Part shown: piece by piece, positions 8,549-16,143 of the stretch | How the letters are laid out: each line of letters opens with the position of its first letter | Position numbering within the stretch: the stretch's first letter is position 1 | Source: Alkalilimnicola ehrlichii MLHE-1 | GTDB taxonomy: Bacteria; Pseudomonadota; Gammaproteobacteria; Nitrococcales; Halorhodospiraceae | DNA length: 32,000 nt | Assembly: GCF_000014785.1 (NCBI RefSeq) | Contig: NC_008340.1 | Coordinates: 3,240,001-3,272,000, forward strand | Direction of reading: 5' to 3' | Notes under the pieces: generated by a model | Database searches by the model: none | What the model was told of the DNA's origin: nothing | The model's input: only the letters and a program-made list of their open reading frames with translations | Translations under genes and position numbers: made by a program

Positions 8549-11287
8549 TCAATGGGCCCCCTCCCAGTCGTCGGCCACGCCCACATCGACCTCCAGCGGC
8601 ACGGCCAGTTCCCCGGCCGCCTGCATGCGCTCGCGCAGCCCCTCCGCCACCGCCGGCACGTCCGCTGCCGGCACCTCCAGCACCAGTTCGTCGTGGACCT
8701 GCATGACCATACGCGCCTTGGAATGCGCCTCCGTCAGCCAGGCGTCCACCGCCACCATGGCGCGCTTGATGAGATCGGCCGCGGTGCCCTGCATCGGCGC
8801 ATTGATGGCGGTGCGCTCGGCATACTCCCGGCGCTGGCGGTTGCGGGCATTGATCTCGGGCAGGTAGAGCCGGCGACCGAACAGCGTCTCCACGTAACCG
8901 CGTTCACGGGCCTCGGCACGGGTGCGGTCCATGTACTCTTTGACCCCGGGGTAGCGCTCAAAATAGCGGTCCACGTAGGCCTGGGCCTCGCCGCGCTCGA
9001 TGCCCAGCTGCCGGGCCAGGCCGTAGGCGGACATGCCGTAGATCAGACCAAAGTTGATGGCCTTGGCCGCCCGCCGCTGCTCGCCGCCCACCCGTTCGGG
9101 TGCGAGACCGAAGACCTCGGCGGCGGTGGCGCTGTGGATGTCCGCACCCTCGGCGAACGCTTGGCGCAGCCCCTCATCCCCCGACAGGTGGGCCATGATC
9201 CGCAGCTCCACCTGGGAGTAGTCCGCCGCCAGCAGCTTGCAGCCGGGCTCGGCGACGAAGGCCTTGCGGATGCGCCGGCCCTCGGCGGTACGCACCGGGA
9301 TGTTCTGCAGGTTGGGATCGGAGCTGGACAGCCGCCCGGTGGCGGCCACCGCCTGATGATAGCTGGTGTGCACCCGGCCGGTCTTCGGGTGGATCAGCCG
9401 CGGCAGCTTGTCGGTGTAGGTGGTCTTCAGCTTGGCCAGACTGCGGTAAGCCAGGATCAACCGCGGCAGCTCGTAACCGCGTGCCGCCAGCTCCTCGAGC
9501 ACCGACTCGGCGGTGGAGGGCGCCCCCTTGGGGGTCTTCTGCAGCACCGGCAGGCCCATGCGTTCGAACAGGATCTCCTGAATCTGCTTGGGGCTGGAGA
9601 GGTTGAAGGGTCCTTCCGCCTCCTCGTGGGCGCGTTGTTCCAACGCGGCCATGCCCTCGGCCAGTTCCGTACTCTGCTGCTCCAGCAGTGCTCGGTCCAC
9701 CTTCACCCCGTGACGCTCCATGCGCGAGAGCACCGGCAGCAACGGCATTTCGATAGCGTGGAACACCTGCACCAGCCGTCCCTCGGCCTCGAGCCTCGGA
9801 TAGAGCGTCTGGTGCAGACGCAGGGTGATATCGGCATCCTCCCCGGCATAGCGTGTGGCGGTCTCCACCGCCACCTGGGCGAAGGGGATCTGCTTGGCGC
9901 CCTTACCGCAGACATCCTCGTATTTCACGGTGGCACGGCCCAGGTACTTGAGGGCCAGGGAGTCCATATCGTGACGGCTGGCGGTGGAGTCCAGCACGTA
10001 GGACTCGAGCATGGTGTCGTAGGCCACACCCTCCAGGTGGATGTCGTAGCGGGCCAGCACGCTCATGTCGTACTTGAGGTTCTGCCCGACCTTGGCGCGG
10101 TCCGGGTCCTCGAGCAGCGGCTTGAGCGCGGCCAGCACCCGGTCGCGGTCGAGTTGCGTCGGGGTATCGGGGCCTTCATGGGCCAGCGGGACGTAGGCGG
10201 CCTCACCCGCCCCCACCGCCAGCGCCACCCCGACGATCTCGGCATCCATGTAGTTGAGGCTGCTGGTCTCCAGGTCGAAGGCGAACAGCTCGGCTGACTC
10301 CAGCCGGCGCAACCAGTCGTCGAAGGCATCCGCGTCGTCCACGGTGTGGTAGCGGGCGTCGTCACCCTCGCCGGCGCCACCGGCCGCGCCCGGCCCGGCC
10401 GGGGCCACCTCGCCGCCGCTGTCGCCGTCACCATTCAGCAGCTCGCGGAGCAGCCGGCGGAACTCATACCGCTGGTAGTACTCGCGCAGTCGCTCCACGT
10501 CCGATTCGCCGGGTTTCAGGTCCTCCGGGCGCTGGTCCAGGTCCAGGTCGCAGCGGATGGTGGCCAGGTCCTCGCTCAACGCCAGCTCGTCCAGGTGCGC
10601 GCGCAGGCTCTCCCCCACCTTGCCCTTGACCTCATCGGCGCGGGCCTTGAGGGCGTCCAGCGAGCCGAACTGATTGAGCCACTTGGCAGCGGTCTTGGGG
10701 CCGACGCGGGGGACACCGGGGATGTTGTCGGAGCTGTCCCCGACCAGGGCCAGGTAGTCGATGATCCGCTCCGGCGGCACGCCGAACTTCTCCTTCACCC
10801 CGGCCTCGTCCAGGCGGGTGTCGTTCATGGTATTGAGCAGGGTGACCTGCTCGTCCACCAGCTGGGCCATGTCCTTATCGCCGGTGGAGATGACCACCGG
10901 CTGACCGGCCTCAGCGGCCTGCCGGGCGAGGGTGCCGATGACGTCGTCGGCCTCCACGCCGGGCACCTCCAGCAGCGGCAGGCCCATGGCGCGGATAATG
11001 TCCTTCAGCGGCTGGATCTGGGCGCGCAACTCGTCCGGCATTGGCGGGCGGTGGGCCTTGTACTGATCGAACAGCTCGTCACGGAAGGTGCGCCCGGGGG
11101 CGTCGAAGACCACCGCGATCCGCTCCGGCCGGTAGTCGTCGAGCAGCTTGCGGACCATGTTGAGCACGCCGTACATGGCGCCGGTGGGTTCACCGTCTTT
11201 GTTGGTGAGCGGCGGCATGGCGTGGAAGGCCCGATAGAGGTAGCTGGAGCCGTCCACCAGAATCAGGGGCTTGCGGGCGTCAGACAT
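8549..11287 (-). CDS. polA: DNA polymerase I
   Basis: 5' nuclease domain MSDARKPLILVDGSSYLYRAFHAMPPLTNKDGEPTGAMYG. 3'-5' exonuclease region FAFDLETSSLNYMDAEIVG. Polymerase motifs LLAADYSQVELRIMAHLSGD, RRAAKAINFGLIYGMSAYGLA and MQVHDELVLEVP. The track's 1266-aa ORF is over-extended; the ATG at 11287 gives 912 aa and has AGGAGA upstream. Confidence 0.97.
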   Translation of the reverse strand: MSDARKPLILVDGSSYLYRAFHAMPPLTNKDGEPTGAMYGVLNMVRKLLDDYRPERIAVVFDAPGRTFRDELFDQYKAHRPPMPDELRAQIQPLKDIIRAMGLPLLEVPGVEADDVIGTLARQAAEAGQPVVISTGDKDMAQLVDEQVTLLNTMNDTRLDEAGVKEKFGVPPERIIDYLALVGDSSDNIPGVPRVGPKTAAKWLNQFGSLDALKARADEVKGKVGESLRAHLDELALSEDLATIRCDLDLDQRPEDLKPGESDVERLREYYQRYEFRRLLRELLNGDGDSGGEVAPAGPGAAGGAGEGDDARYHTVDDADAFDDWLRRLESAELFAFDLETSSLNYMDAEIVGVALAVGAGEAAYVPLAHEGPDTPTQLDRDRVLAALKPLLEDPDRAKVGQNLKYDMSVLARYDIHLEGVAYDTMLESYVLDSTASRHDMDSLALKYLGRATVKYEDVCGKGAKQIPFAQVAVETATRYAGEDADITLRLHQTLYPRLEAEGRLVQVFHAIEMPLLPVLSRMERHGVKVDRALLEQQSTELAEGMAALEQRAHEEAEGPFNLSSPKQIQEILFERMGLPVLQKTPKGAPSTAESVLEELAARGYELPRLILAYRSLAKLKTTYTDKLPRLIHPKTGRVHTSYHQAVAATGRLSSSDPNLQNIPVRTAEGRRIRKAFVAEPGCKLLAADYSQVELRIMAHLSGDEGLRQAFAEGADIHSATAAEVFGLAPERVGGEQRRAAKAINFGLIYGMSAYGLARQLGIERGEAQAYVDRYFERYPGVKEYMDRTRAEARERGYVETLFGRRLYLPEINARNRQRREYAERTAINAPMQGTAADLIKRAMVAVDAWLTEAHSKARMVMQVHDELVLEVPAADVPAVAEGLRERMQAAGELAVPLEVDVGVADDWEGAH

Positions 11288-11321
11288 TAAGGTCTCCTGG
11301 CGAGTCAATCGGCACATTTCC

Positions 11322-11430
11322 GGGTCAGCGGGGTGTGGACGCGGGGGTGGGTGTTCCCGGGGGCCTTCGAGCGCGCACCCCTTCGGGGTGCCCGGGAACA
11401 CCCACCCCCGCGTCCACACCCCGCTGACCC
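11322..11430. repeat. 109-bp composite palindrome (element A) between polA and the LOG-family gene
   Basis: Left arm 11322-11361 GGGTCAGCGGGGTGTGGACGCGGGGGTGGGTGTTCCCGGG is the exact reverse complement of 11391-11430 (40/40 bp). The 29-nt centre contains a second hairpin, CACCCC-TTC-GGGGTG. Confidence 0.97.
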
Positions 11431-11539
11431 TGCCGTTGCCGGCAATGCTACCACCTCCCGGCCCGAATGGTGGCGGCATCCCACAGCGGGTCGCCACTGC
11501 GGTTATGATAGGGGGACACGCACCCGGCGCGGAGCAGCC

Positions 11540-12265
11540 ATGGACCAACACGAGCTCTTCGGTAACGGCAGCCTCAACCCGCTCAACGACTCCCTCATGA
11601 GCCGCGAGTCCTGGAAGATCTTCCAGATCATGGCGGAATTCGTCGAGGGCTTTGAGCGGCTGTCCCAGATCAAACCCTCGGTGAGCGTCTTCGGCTCCGC
11701 CCGTACGGCGCCGGATCACCCCTATTACAAGCTGGCCGAGGACCTCTCCCGGGCACTCTCCGACGCCGGCTTCTCGGTGGTCAGCGGTGGCGGGCCGGGC
11801 ATCATGGAGGCCGCCAACAAGGGCGCCCATGGGGGCAAGTCGCCCAGCATCGGGCTGAACATCCAGCTCCCCCACGAGCAGTCGGGCAACCCCTACCAGG
11901 ACATCAGCCTCAACTTCCGGCACTTCTTCAGCCGCAAGGTGATGTTCGTCAAGTACGCCTCCGCCTACGTGGTCCTGCCCGGCGGATTCGGCACCCTGGA
12001 CGAACTGGCCGAGATCCTCACCCTGGTGCAGACGGGGAAGACACGCCGCATCCCTATCATTCTGGTGTACAAACCCTACTGGCAGGGCCTGGTGGACTGG
12101 TTCCGCGACACCCTGGTGGCCGAGGGCGCCATCAACGCCGAGGACATGGACCTCTTCCAGGTGCTCGACGAGCCCACTGAGGTGGTGGACGCCATCTTCG
12201 CCCACTATGAGGACCGCGGTTTCGAACCCTCCCGCCGGGAGCGCGAGATGCTGCTGGACCTCTGA
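11540..12265 (+). CDS. LOG family protein (TIGR00730-like, Rossmann-fold, lysine-decarboxylase-like)
   Basis: SVSVFGSARTAPDHPYY, VVSGGGPGIMEAANKGA and the hallmark YVVLPGGFGTLDELAEILTLVQTGK. Start set at ATG 11540 (MDQHELFGNGSLNP) because the ORF-track start at 11333 translates the palindrome. Confidence 0.92.
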   Translation: MDQHELFGNGSLNPLNDSLMSRESWKIFQIMAEFVEGFERLSQIKPSVSVFGSARTAPDHPYYKLAEDLSRALSDAGFSVVSGGGPGIMEAANKGAHGGKSPSIGLNIQLPHEQSGNPYQDISLNFRHFFSRKVMFVKYASAYVVLPGGFGTLDELAEILTLVQTGKTRRIPIILVYKPYWQGLVDWFRDTLVAEGAINAEDMDLFQVLDEPTEVVDAIFAHYEDRGFEPSRREREMLLDL

Positions 12266-12347
12266 CCATCCCGCCGGCATACGGCCGGGACACCCTGCCG
12301 GCACGAGGCCCGCAGCCCCATTCAGGACACACCGCGAGGAGCAGGAC

Positions 12348-12725
12348 ATGAACGCAGCCGCTATCCGCCCACGTCAGCGCCCGCCCACCCACCTCTTGCT
12401 TGCGCTGGGCCTGGGCACCGCCCTCGCCCTGGCAGGCCCCGTCAGTGGGGAGGAGGAGGGCCCGATTGTCACACCGCCGCCGGCGCCGGAGGAGCTCACC
12501 GAGGGCGAGCCGATCGAGCCCACGGTCCGCATCATCCGCCGGGAGTGGGCCACCATTGAGGAGTTCTCGATCCAGGGTCAGATCTACGCCGTGCGGATCA
12601 CGCCGGTGGTGGGCCCCCCCTACTACCTGATCGACACCGACGGCGACGGGGTGCTCAACCACCGGGCGGAGTACGACCCGCTGCGCGAGCCCAAGATCCA
12701 CCGCTGGGAACTGCTGCGCTGGTAG
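12348..12725 (+). CDS. Small exported DUF2782-like protein
   Basis: N-terminal signal-like segment HLLLALGLGTALALAGPVSG, then EPTVRIIRREWATIEEFSIQGQIYAVRITPVVGPPYYLIDTDGDGVLNHR...HRWELLRW, which matches my knowledge of the DUF2782 pattern. Start moved from 12207 to 12348. Confidence 0.8.
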   Translation: MNAAAIRPRQRPPTHLLLALGLGTALALAGPVSGEEEGPIVTPPPAPEELTEGEPIEPTVRIIRREWATIEEFSIQGQIYAVRITPVVGPPYYLIDTDGDGVLNHRAEYDPLREPKIHRWELLRW

Positions 12726-12740
12726 GCTGGCCGGCGGTGC

Positions 12741-14918
12741 TCAGCCCACCAGCCTGAGGTTGGCGTAGGCAGCCACCAGCCACTTGGCCCCCGCCCGCGC
12801 GAACTGCACCTGGATCCGCGCCGAGGGCCCCTGCCCCTCGAGCCGCAACACCACCCCCTCGCCGAAACGGTCGTGGCGGACCCGGCTGCCGAGGGTGATC
12901 CCATCCACCGGCTCCGACTGCATGGCCGCGGCGGTGGCGCCGGGACGGGTCACCTTCATCCGCGCCCGCACCTCCTCGATATAATCGGCCGGGATCTCCT
13001 GGATAAAGCGGGACGGCATGCCGTAGTTGTCCATCCCGTGCAGCCGCCGCTTTTCGGCGTAGGCCAGGTACAGGCGCTCGCGGGCACGGGTGATCCCCAC
13101 GTAGGCGAGCCGTCGCTCCTCCTCCATGCGCCCGGGCTCCTCGGTGGACATCCGGTGCGGGAACAGCCCCTCTTCCAGCCCGACCAGAAAGACCACCGGG
13201 AACTCCAGGCCCTTGGCCGAGTGCAGGGTCATCAACTGCACGCAGGGCTGCCCCTCCTCCCCCTGGGCCTCGCCCGCCTCCAGCGCCGCGTGGGTGAGAA
13301 AGGCGGTGAGGGGGGTCAGCCCCTCGTCGCGCTCGTATTGTTGCTCGAAGTTGCGCGCCGCGGTCACCAGTTCGTCCAGGTTCTCCCGCCGGGCCTCGCC
13401 GCGGTCACTGCCGTCCGCCTCGGCGTCCCTGCGCAGCCCGCTGGCAACAATCACCCGATCCATCTGCTCGTGCAACGGCAGAGTCGCCGTCTCCTCCTCC
13501 AGCCGGTCCAGCAGCTGCAGGAAGCCCTGCACCGCATTGCCGGCGCGGGCACTGATGCCACCGGCCCGGATGATCCGGACGGCCGATTCCCACAGGCTCG
13601 CGTCGGCCGCCCGGGCCCCCTCGCGGATCTGATCCAGCGTGCGGTTGCCAATGCCCCGCCGGGGGGTATTGATCACCCGCTCGAAGGCGGCGTCATCGTG
13701 GCGGTTCATCAGCAGGCGCAGATAGGCCAGGGCATCGCGAATCTCGGCCCGGTCGAAGAAGCGCTGGCCGCCGTACACCCGGTAGGGCAGGCCGCGGGCC
13801 AGGAGGCTCTCCTCGAAGGCGCGGGACTGGGCGTTGGAGCGGTAGAGGATGGCGAAATCGTCACGGGCATAGCCCTCATCGAGCAGGGCGGCGATGCGGT
13901 CGACCACGTAACGGGCCTCGTCGGTCTCGTTGAAGGCGGCGTAAAGCTGGATCGGGTCACCCCGGCTGCCCTCGGTCCATAGGTTCTTGCCCATGCGCCC
14001 GCCGTTATGGCTGATCAGCGCGTTGGCGGCGTTGAGGATGGTCTCCGTGGAGCGGTAGTTCTGCTCCAGCCGGGTGATGCTCACCTCGCCGAACTCGCGG
14101 GCGTAGCGGTGGATGTTTTCCACCCGGGCCCCGCGCCAACCGTAGATGGACTGATCGTCATCGCCGACCACGAAGACATCGCTGTCCTCCCCGGCCAACT
14201 GCTGCAGCCAACGGTACTGCAACTGGTTGGTGTCCTGGAACTCGTCCACCAGCAGATGGCGGAAGCGGGCGCGGTAGTGGGCCAGCAGGTCGGGCCGGTC
14301 GCGGAGCAGCTCGAAGCTGCGCAACAGCAGCTCCGCGAAGTCCACCAGGCCGGAGCGACGGCAGGTCTGCTCGTAGGTCTGGTAGACCTGCCAGACGGCA
14401 AAGCGGAACGGTTCCCCGGCGTCCGCCTGGATGTCGGCGGGCCGCAGCCCCTCCTCCTTCCAGCCATTGAGCACGCCGCGCACCTGCCGGGGCGGATAGC
14501 GCTTCTCGTCGAGCTCCATGCCGCGCATCACCCGCTTGATCAGCCGGAGCTGGTCGTCGCTGTCGAGGATCTGGAAGGTCTCCGGTAGCCCGGCATCCGC
14601 TGCGTGCATGCGCAGCAGCCGGTGCGACAGGCCGTGGAAGGTGCCCACCCACATGCCGGCGGTGCGGATGCCGAGCAGCTCACCGATGCGGTGGCGCATC
14701 TCGGCGGCGGCCTTGTTGGTGAAGGTCACCGCCATGATGCCGAAGGGGGAGGCGCCCTCCACCCGCACCAGCCACGCCGCCCGGCGGGTGAGCACCCGGG
14801 TCTTGCCGCTGCCCGCACCGGCCAGCACCAGGGAACGGCCGAGCGCGGCGCAGACCGCCTCGCGCTGGGCGTCGTTGAGATCGGCTATCAGGTCGGAGAC
14901 GTCGGCTTCGGCTTCCAT
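12741..14918 (-). CDS. uvrD: DNA helicase II UvrD (SF1A helicase)
   Basis: LNDAQREAVCAALGRSLVLAGAGSGKTRVLTRR (Q motif and Walker A), LLVDEFQDTNQLQYRWLQQLAG (motif II), VVGDDDQSIYGWRGA (motif III), TLHSAKGLEFPVVFLVGLEEGLFPH (motif V) and EERRLAYVGITRARERLYL (motif VI). The track start at 15182 reads through element B; ATG 14918 (MEAEADVSDL) gives 725 aa. Confidence 0.96.
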   Translation of the reverse strand: MEAEADVSDLIADLNDAQREAVCAALGRSLVLAGAGSGKTRVLTRRAAWLVRVEGASPFGIMAVTFTNKAAAEMRHRIGELLGIRTAGMWVGTFHGLSHRLLRMHAADAGLPETFQILDSDDQLRLIKRVMRGMELDEKRYPPRQVRGVLNGWKEEGLRPADIQADAGEPFRFAVWQVYQTYEQTCRRSGLVDFAELLLRSFELLRDRPDLLAHYRARFRHLLVDEFQDTNQLQYRWLQQLAGEDSDVFVVGDDDQSIYGWRGARVENIHRYAREFGEVSITRLEQNYRSTETILNAANALISHNGGRMGKNLWTEGSRGDPIQLYAAFNETDEARYVVDRIAALLDEGYARDDFAILYRSNAQSRAFEESLLARGLPYRVYGGQRFFDRAEIRDALAYLRLLMNRHDDAAFERVINTPRRGIGNRTLDQIREGARAADASLWESAVRIIRAGGISARAGNAVQGFLQLLDRLEEETATLPLHEQMDRVIVASGLRRDAEADGSDRGEARRENLDELVTAARNFEQQYERDEGLTPLTAFLTHAALEAGEAQGEEGQPCVQLMTLHSAKGLEFPVVFLVGLEEGLFPHRMSTEEPGRMEEERRLAYVGITRARERLYLAYAEKRRLHGMDNYGMPSRFIQEIPADYIEEVRARMKVTRPGATAAAMQSEPVDGITLGSRVRHDRFGEGVVLRLEGQGPSARIQVQFARAGAKWLVAAYANLRLVG

Positions 14919-14959
14919 GGTTTCGGTCCGGTACAGAGGGTATAGAGTCGGCGGATGGG

Positions 14960-15176
14960 GGCGTTGCGGTGGGTCGGTGCCGGGGGGCGTGGTCCCGTCG
15001 GGCCTCCGATGGCGCACCCCTTCGGGGTGCCCTGCGCTACTCGGGAAAAATCGGCGCGCGTGAACTCGCTTCGCTCGAACAAGCACGCGCTTCATCCGAT
15101 TTTTCCCTGCGTTGCTCGGTGCGCCAAAGTCGGCCCGACGGGACCACGCCCCCCGGCACCGACCCACCGCAACGCC
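14960..15176. repeat. 217-bp composite palindrome (element B) filling most of the oxyR-uvrD intergenic gap
   Basis: Left arm 14960-15004 GGCGTTGCGGTGGGTCGGTGCCGGGGGGCGTGGTCCCGTCGGGCC is the exact reverse complement of 15132-15176 (45/45 bp). Further inverted pairs inside: GGCGCACC 15011-15018 with GGTGCGCC 15118-15125; GGGAAAAATCGG 15043-15054 with CCGATTTTTCCC 15096-15107; GCGCGTG 15056-15062 with CACGCGC 15084-15090. Confidence 0.97.
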
Positions 15177-15199
15177 GCTCACGGGCGATCAGGGGCCTG

Positions 15200-16141
15200 C
15201 TAACCGGCGGCCGCAGGCTCGATGGGGCGGGCCTGCTCCTGCACCACCCGGAGGTCACGGATGGCCGCCGCCACTGCCTCCAGGGTGCTGGCGCGGGCGG
15301 CCCCCTTGCGCCAGTAAAGCCCGATGGTACGGGTAGGGACCGGCGGGGAAAAGGGCAGCAGCTTGACCGCCGACTGGTTGGGGATCTCGCAACCGGCCTG
15401 TCCGGCCAGACGCGGGAGCAGGGTCATTCCCACGCCGGCCGCCACCATCTGGCGCAGGGTCTCCAGGCTGGTGGCCCGGAAACAGCTGGTGCCGCCGGCA
15501 TCGCCGGCCAACTGGCAGACCTCCAACGCCTGATCGCGCAGGCAGTGCCCCTCCTCCAGCAGCAGCAGCTCATCCTCCGGCAGGGCCTCCGGACGCGGTG
15601 CACGCTTCGCCTCGGCCAGGGCATGATCGGCAGGCAGGGCCAGCACGAAGGGCTCTTCGAAGACCGCCACCGAGGCCAGGTCATCGCCCGCCACCGGCAT
15701 GGCCATCAGCGCCCCGTCCAGCTCCCCCTTGCGCAGCCGCTCCACCAGCAGGGCGGTGCGCTCCTCGTAGAGCAGCATGCGCAAGCGCGGCCAGGCCTCA
15801 GTGGCGGTGGCCACCAAGTGGGGCAACAGATAGGGGGCGAGGGTGGGGATGGCCCCGAGGCGCAGCTCCCCGGTCATGGGCTCGGCGGCCGCCCGACAGA
15901 GTTCGACGATGTCGTCCACTTGGTTGAGGACCGCCCGGGCCCGTGCCACCACCTCCTCGCCGGTGGGGGTGAGCAGGACCTGGCGGGTACCGCGCTCCAC
16001 CAATTGCACCCCCAGGTACTCCTCCAGCTTCTTGACCTGGGCGCTGAGGGTGGGCTGGCTGACAAAACAGGCCTTGGCGGCGCGGCCAAAGTGGCGCTGG
16101 TCGCCCACGGCGACCAGATAACGCAAGTCCCTGAGGTTCAA
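15200..16141 (-). CDS. oxyR: Hydrogen-peroxide-sensing LysR-family regulator OxyR
   Basis: LysR HTH MNLRDLRYLVAVGDQRHFGRAAKACFVSQPTLSAQVKKLE. The OxyR redox pair is present in EEGHCLRDQALEVCQ (two Cys 9 residues apart), with GVGMTLLPR in the C-terminal half. The start codon is TTG (complement of CAA at 16139-16141). Confidence 0.93.
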   Translation of the reverse strand: MNLRDLRYLVAVGDQRHFGRAAKACFVSQPTLSAQVKKLEEYLGVQLVERGTRQVLLTPTGEEVVARARAVLNQVDDIVELCRAAAEPMTGELRLGAIPTLAPYLLPHLVATATEAWPRLRMLLYEERTALLVERLRKGELDGALMAMPVAGDDLASVAVFEEPFVLALPADHALAEAKRAPRPEALPEDELLLLEEGHCLRDQALEVCQLAGDAGGTSCFRATSLETLRQMVAAGVGMTLLPRLAGQAGCEIPNQSAVKLLPFSPPVPTRTIGLYWRKGAARASTLEAVAAAIRDLRVVQEQARPIEPAAAG

Positions 16142-16143
16142 TG

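Noticed and set aside
8552-10297. 581-aa plus-strand ORF
   Set aside because: Antisense to polA polymerase and exonuclease domains; same compositional artefact.
11288-12349. Roughly 350-residue N-terminal extension of PolA implied by the 1266-aa ORF
   Set aside because: It is antisense to the LOG-family gene and runs through the palindrome. The true PolA N-terminus (MSDARKPLILVDGSSYLYRAFHAM) begins at 11287.
12724-12755. AGGCTGG ... CCAGCCT inverted repeat at the convergent ends of the DUF2782-like gene and uvrD, considered as a bidirectional terminator
   Set aside because: The stem is only 7 bp with a long interior, lies largely in the uvrD 3' coding end and has no T-run on either side.
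12873-13982. 369-aa plus-strand ORF, plus smaller ones opposite glmS, parA, parB and atpH/F
   Set aside because: All mirror well-supported genes on the minus strand and lack any independent coding evidence.
11322-15176. Reading elements A and B as insertion sequences with target-site duplications
   Set aside because: I found no transposase ORF and no obvious short direct repeat flanking 11322-11430 or 14960-15176, so I describe them only as palindromic repeats. A MITE origin remains possible and needs empty-site comparison.
14919-15182. N-terminal extension of UvrD through element B, and small ORFs with repeated RPDGTTPPGTDPPQR-type peptides
   Set aside because: The peptide similarity arises because the 45-bp arms are read from both sides. 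UvrD begins naturally at MEAEADVSDL (14918).
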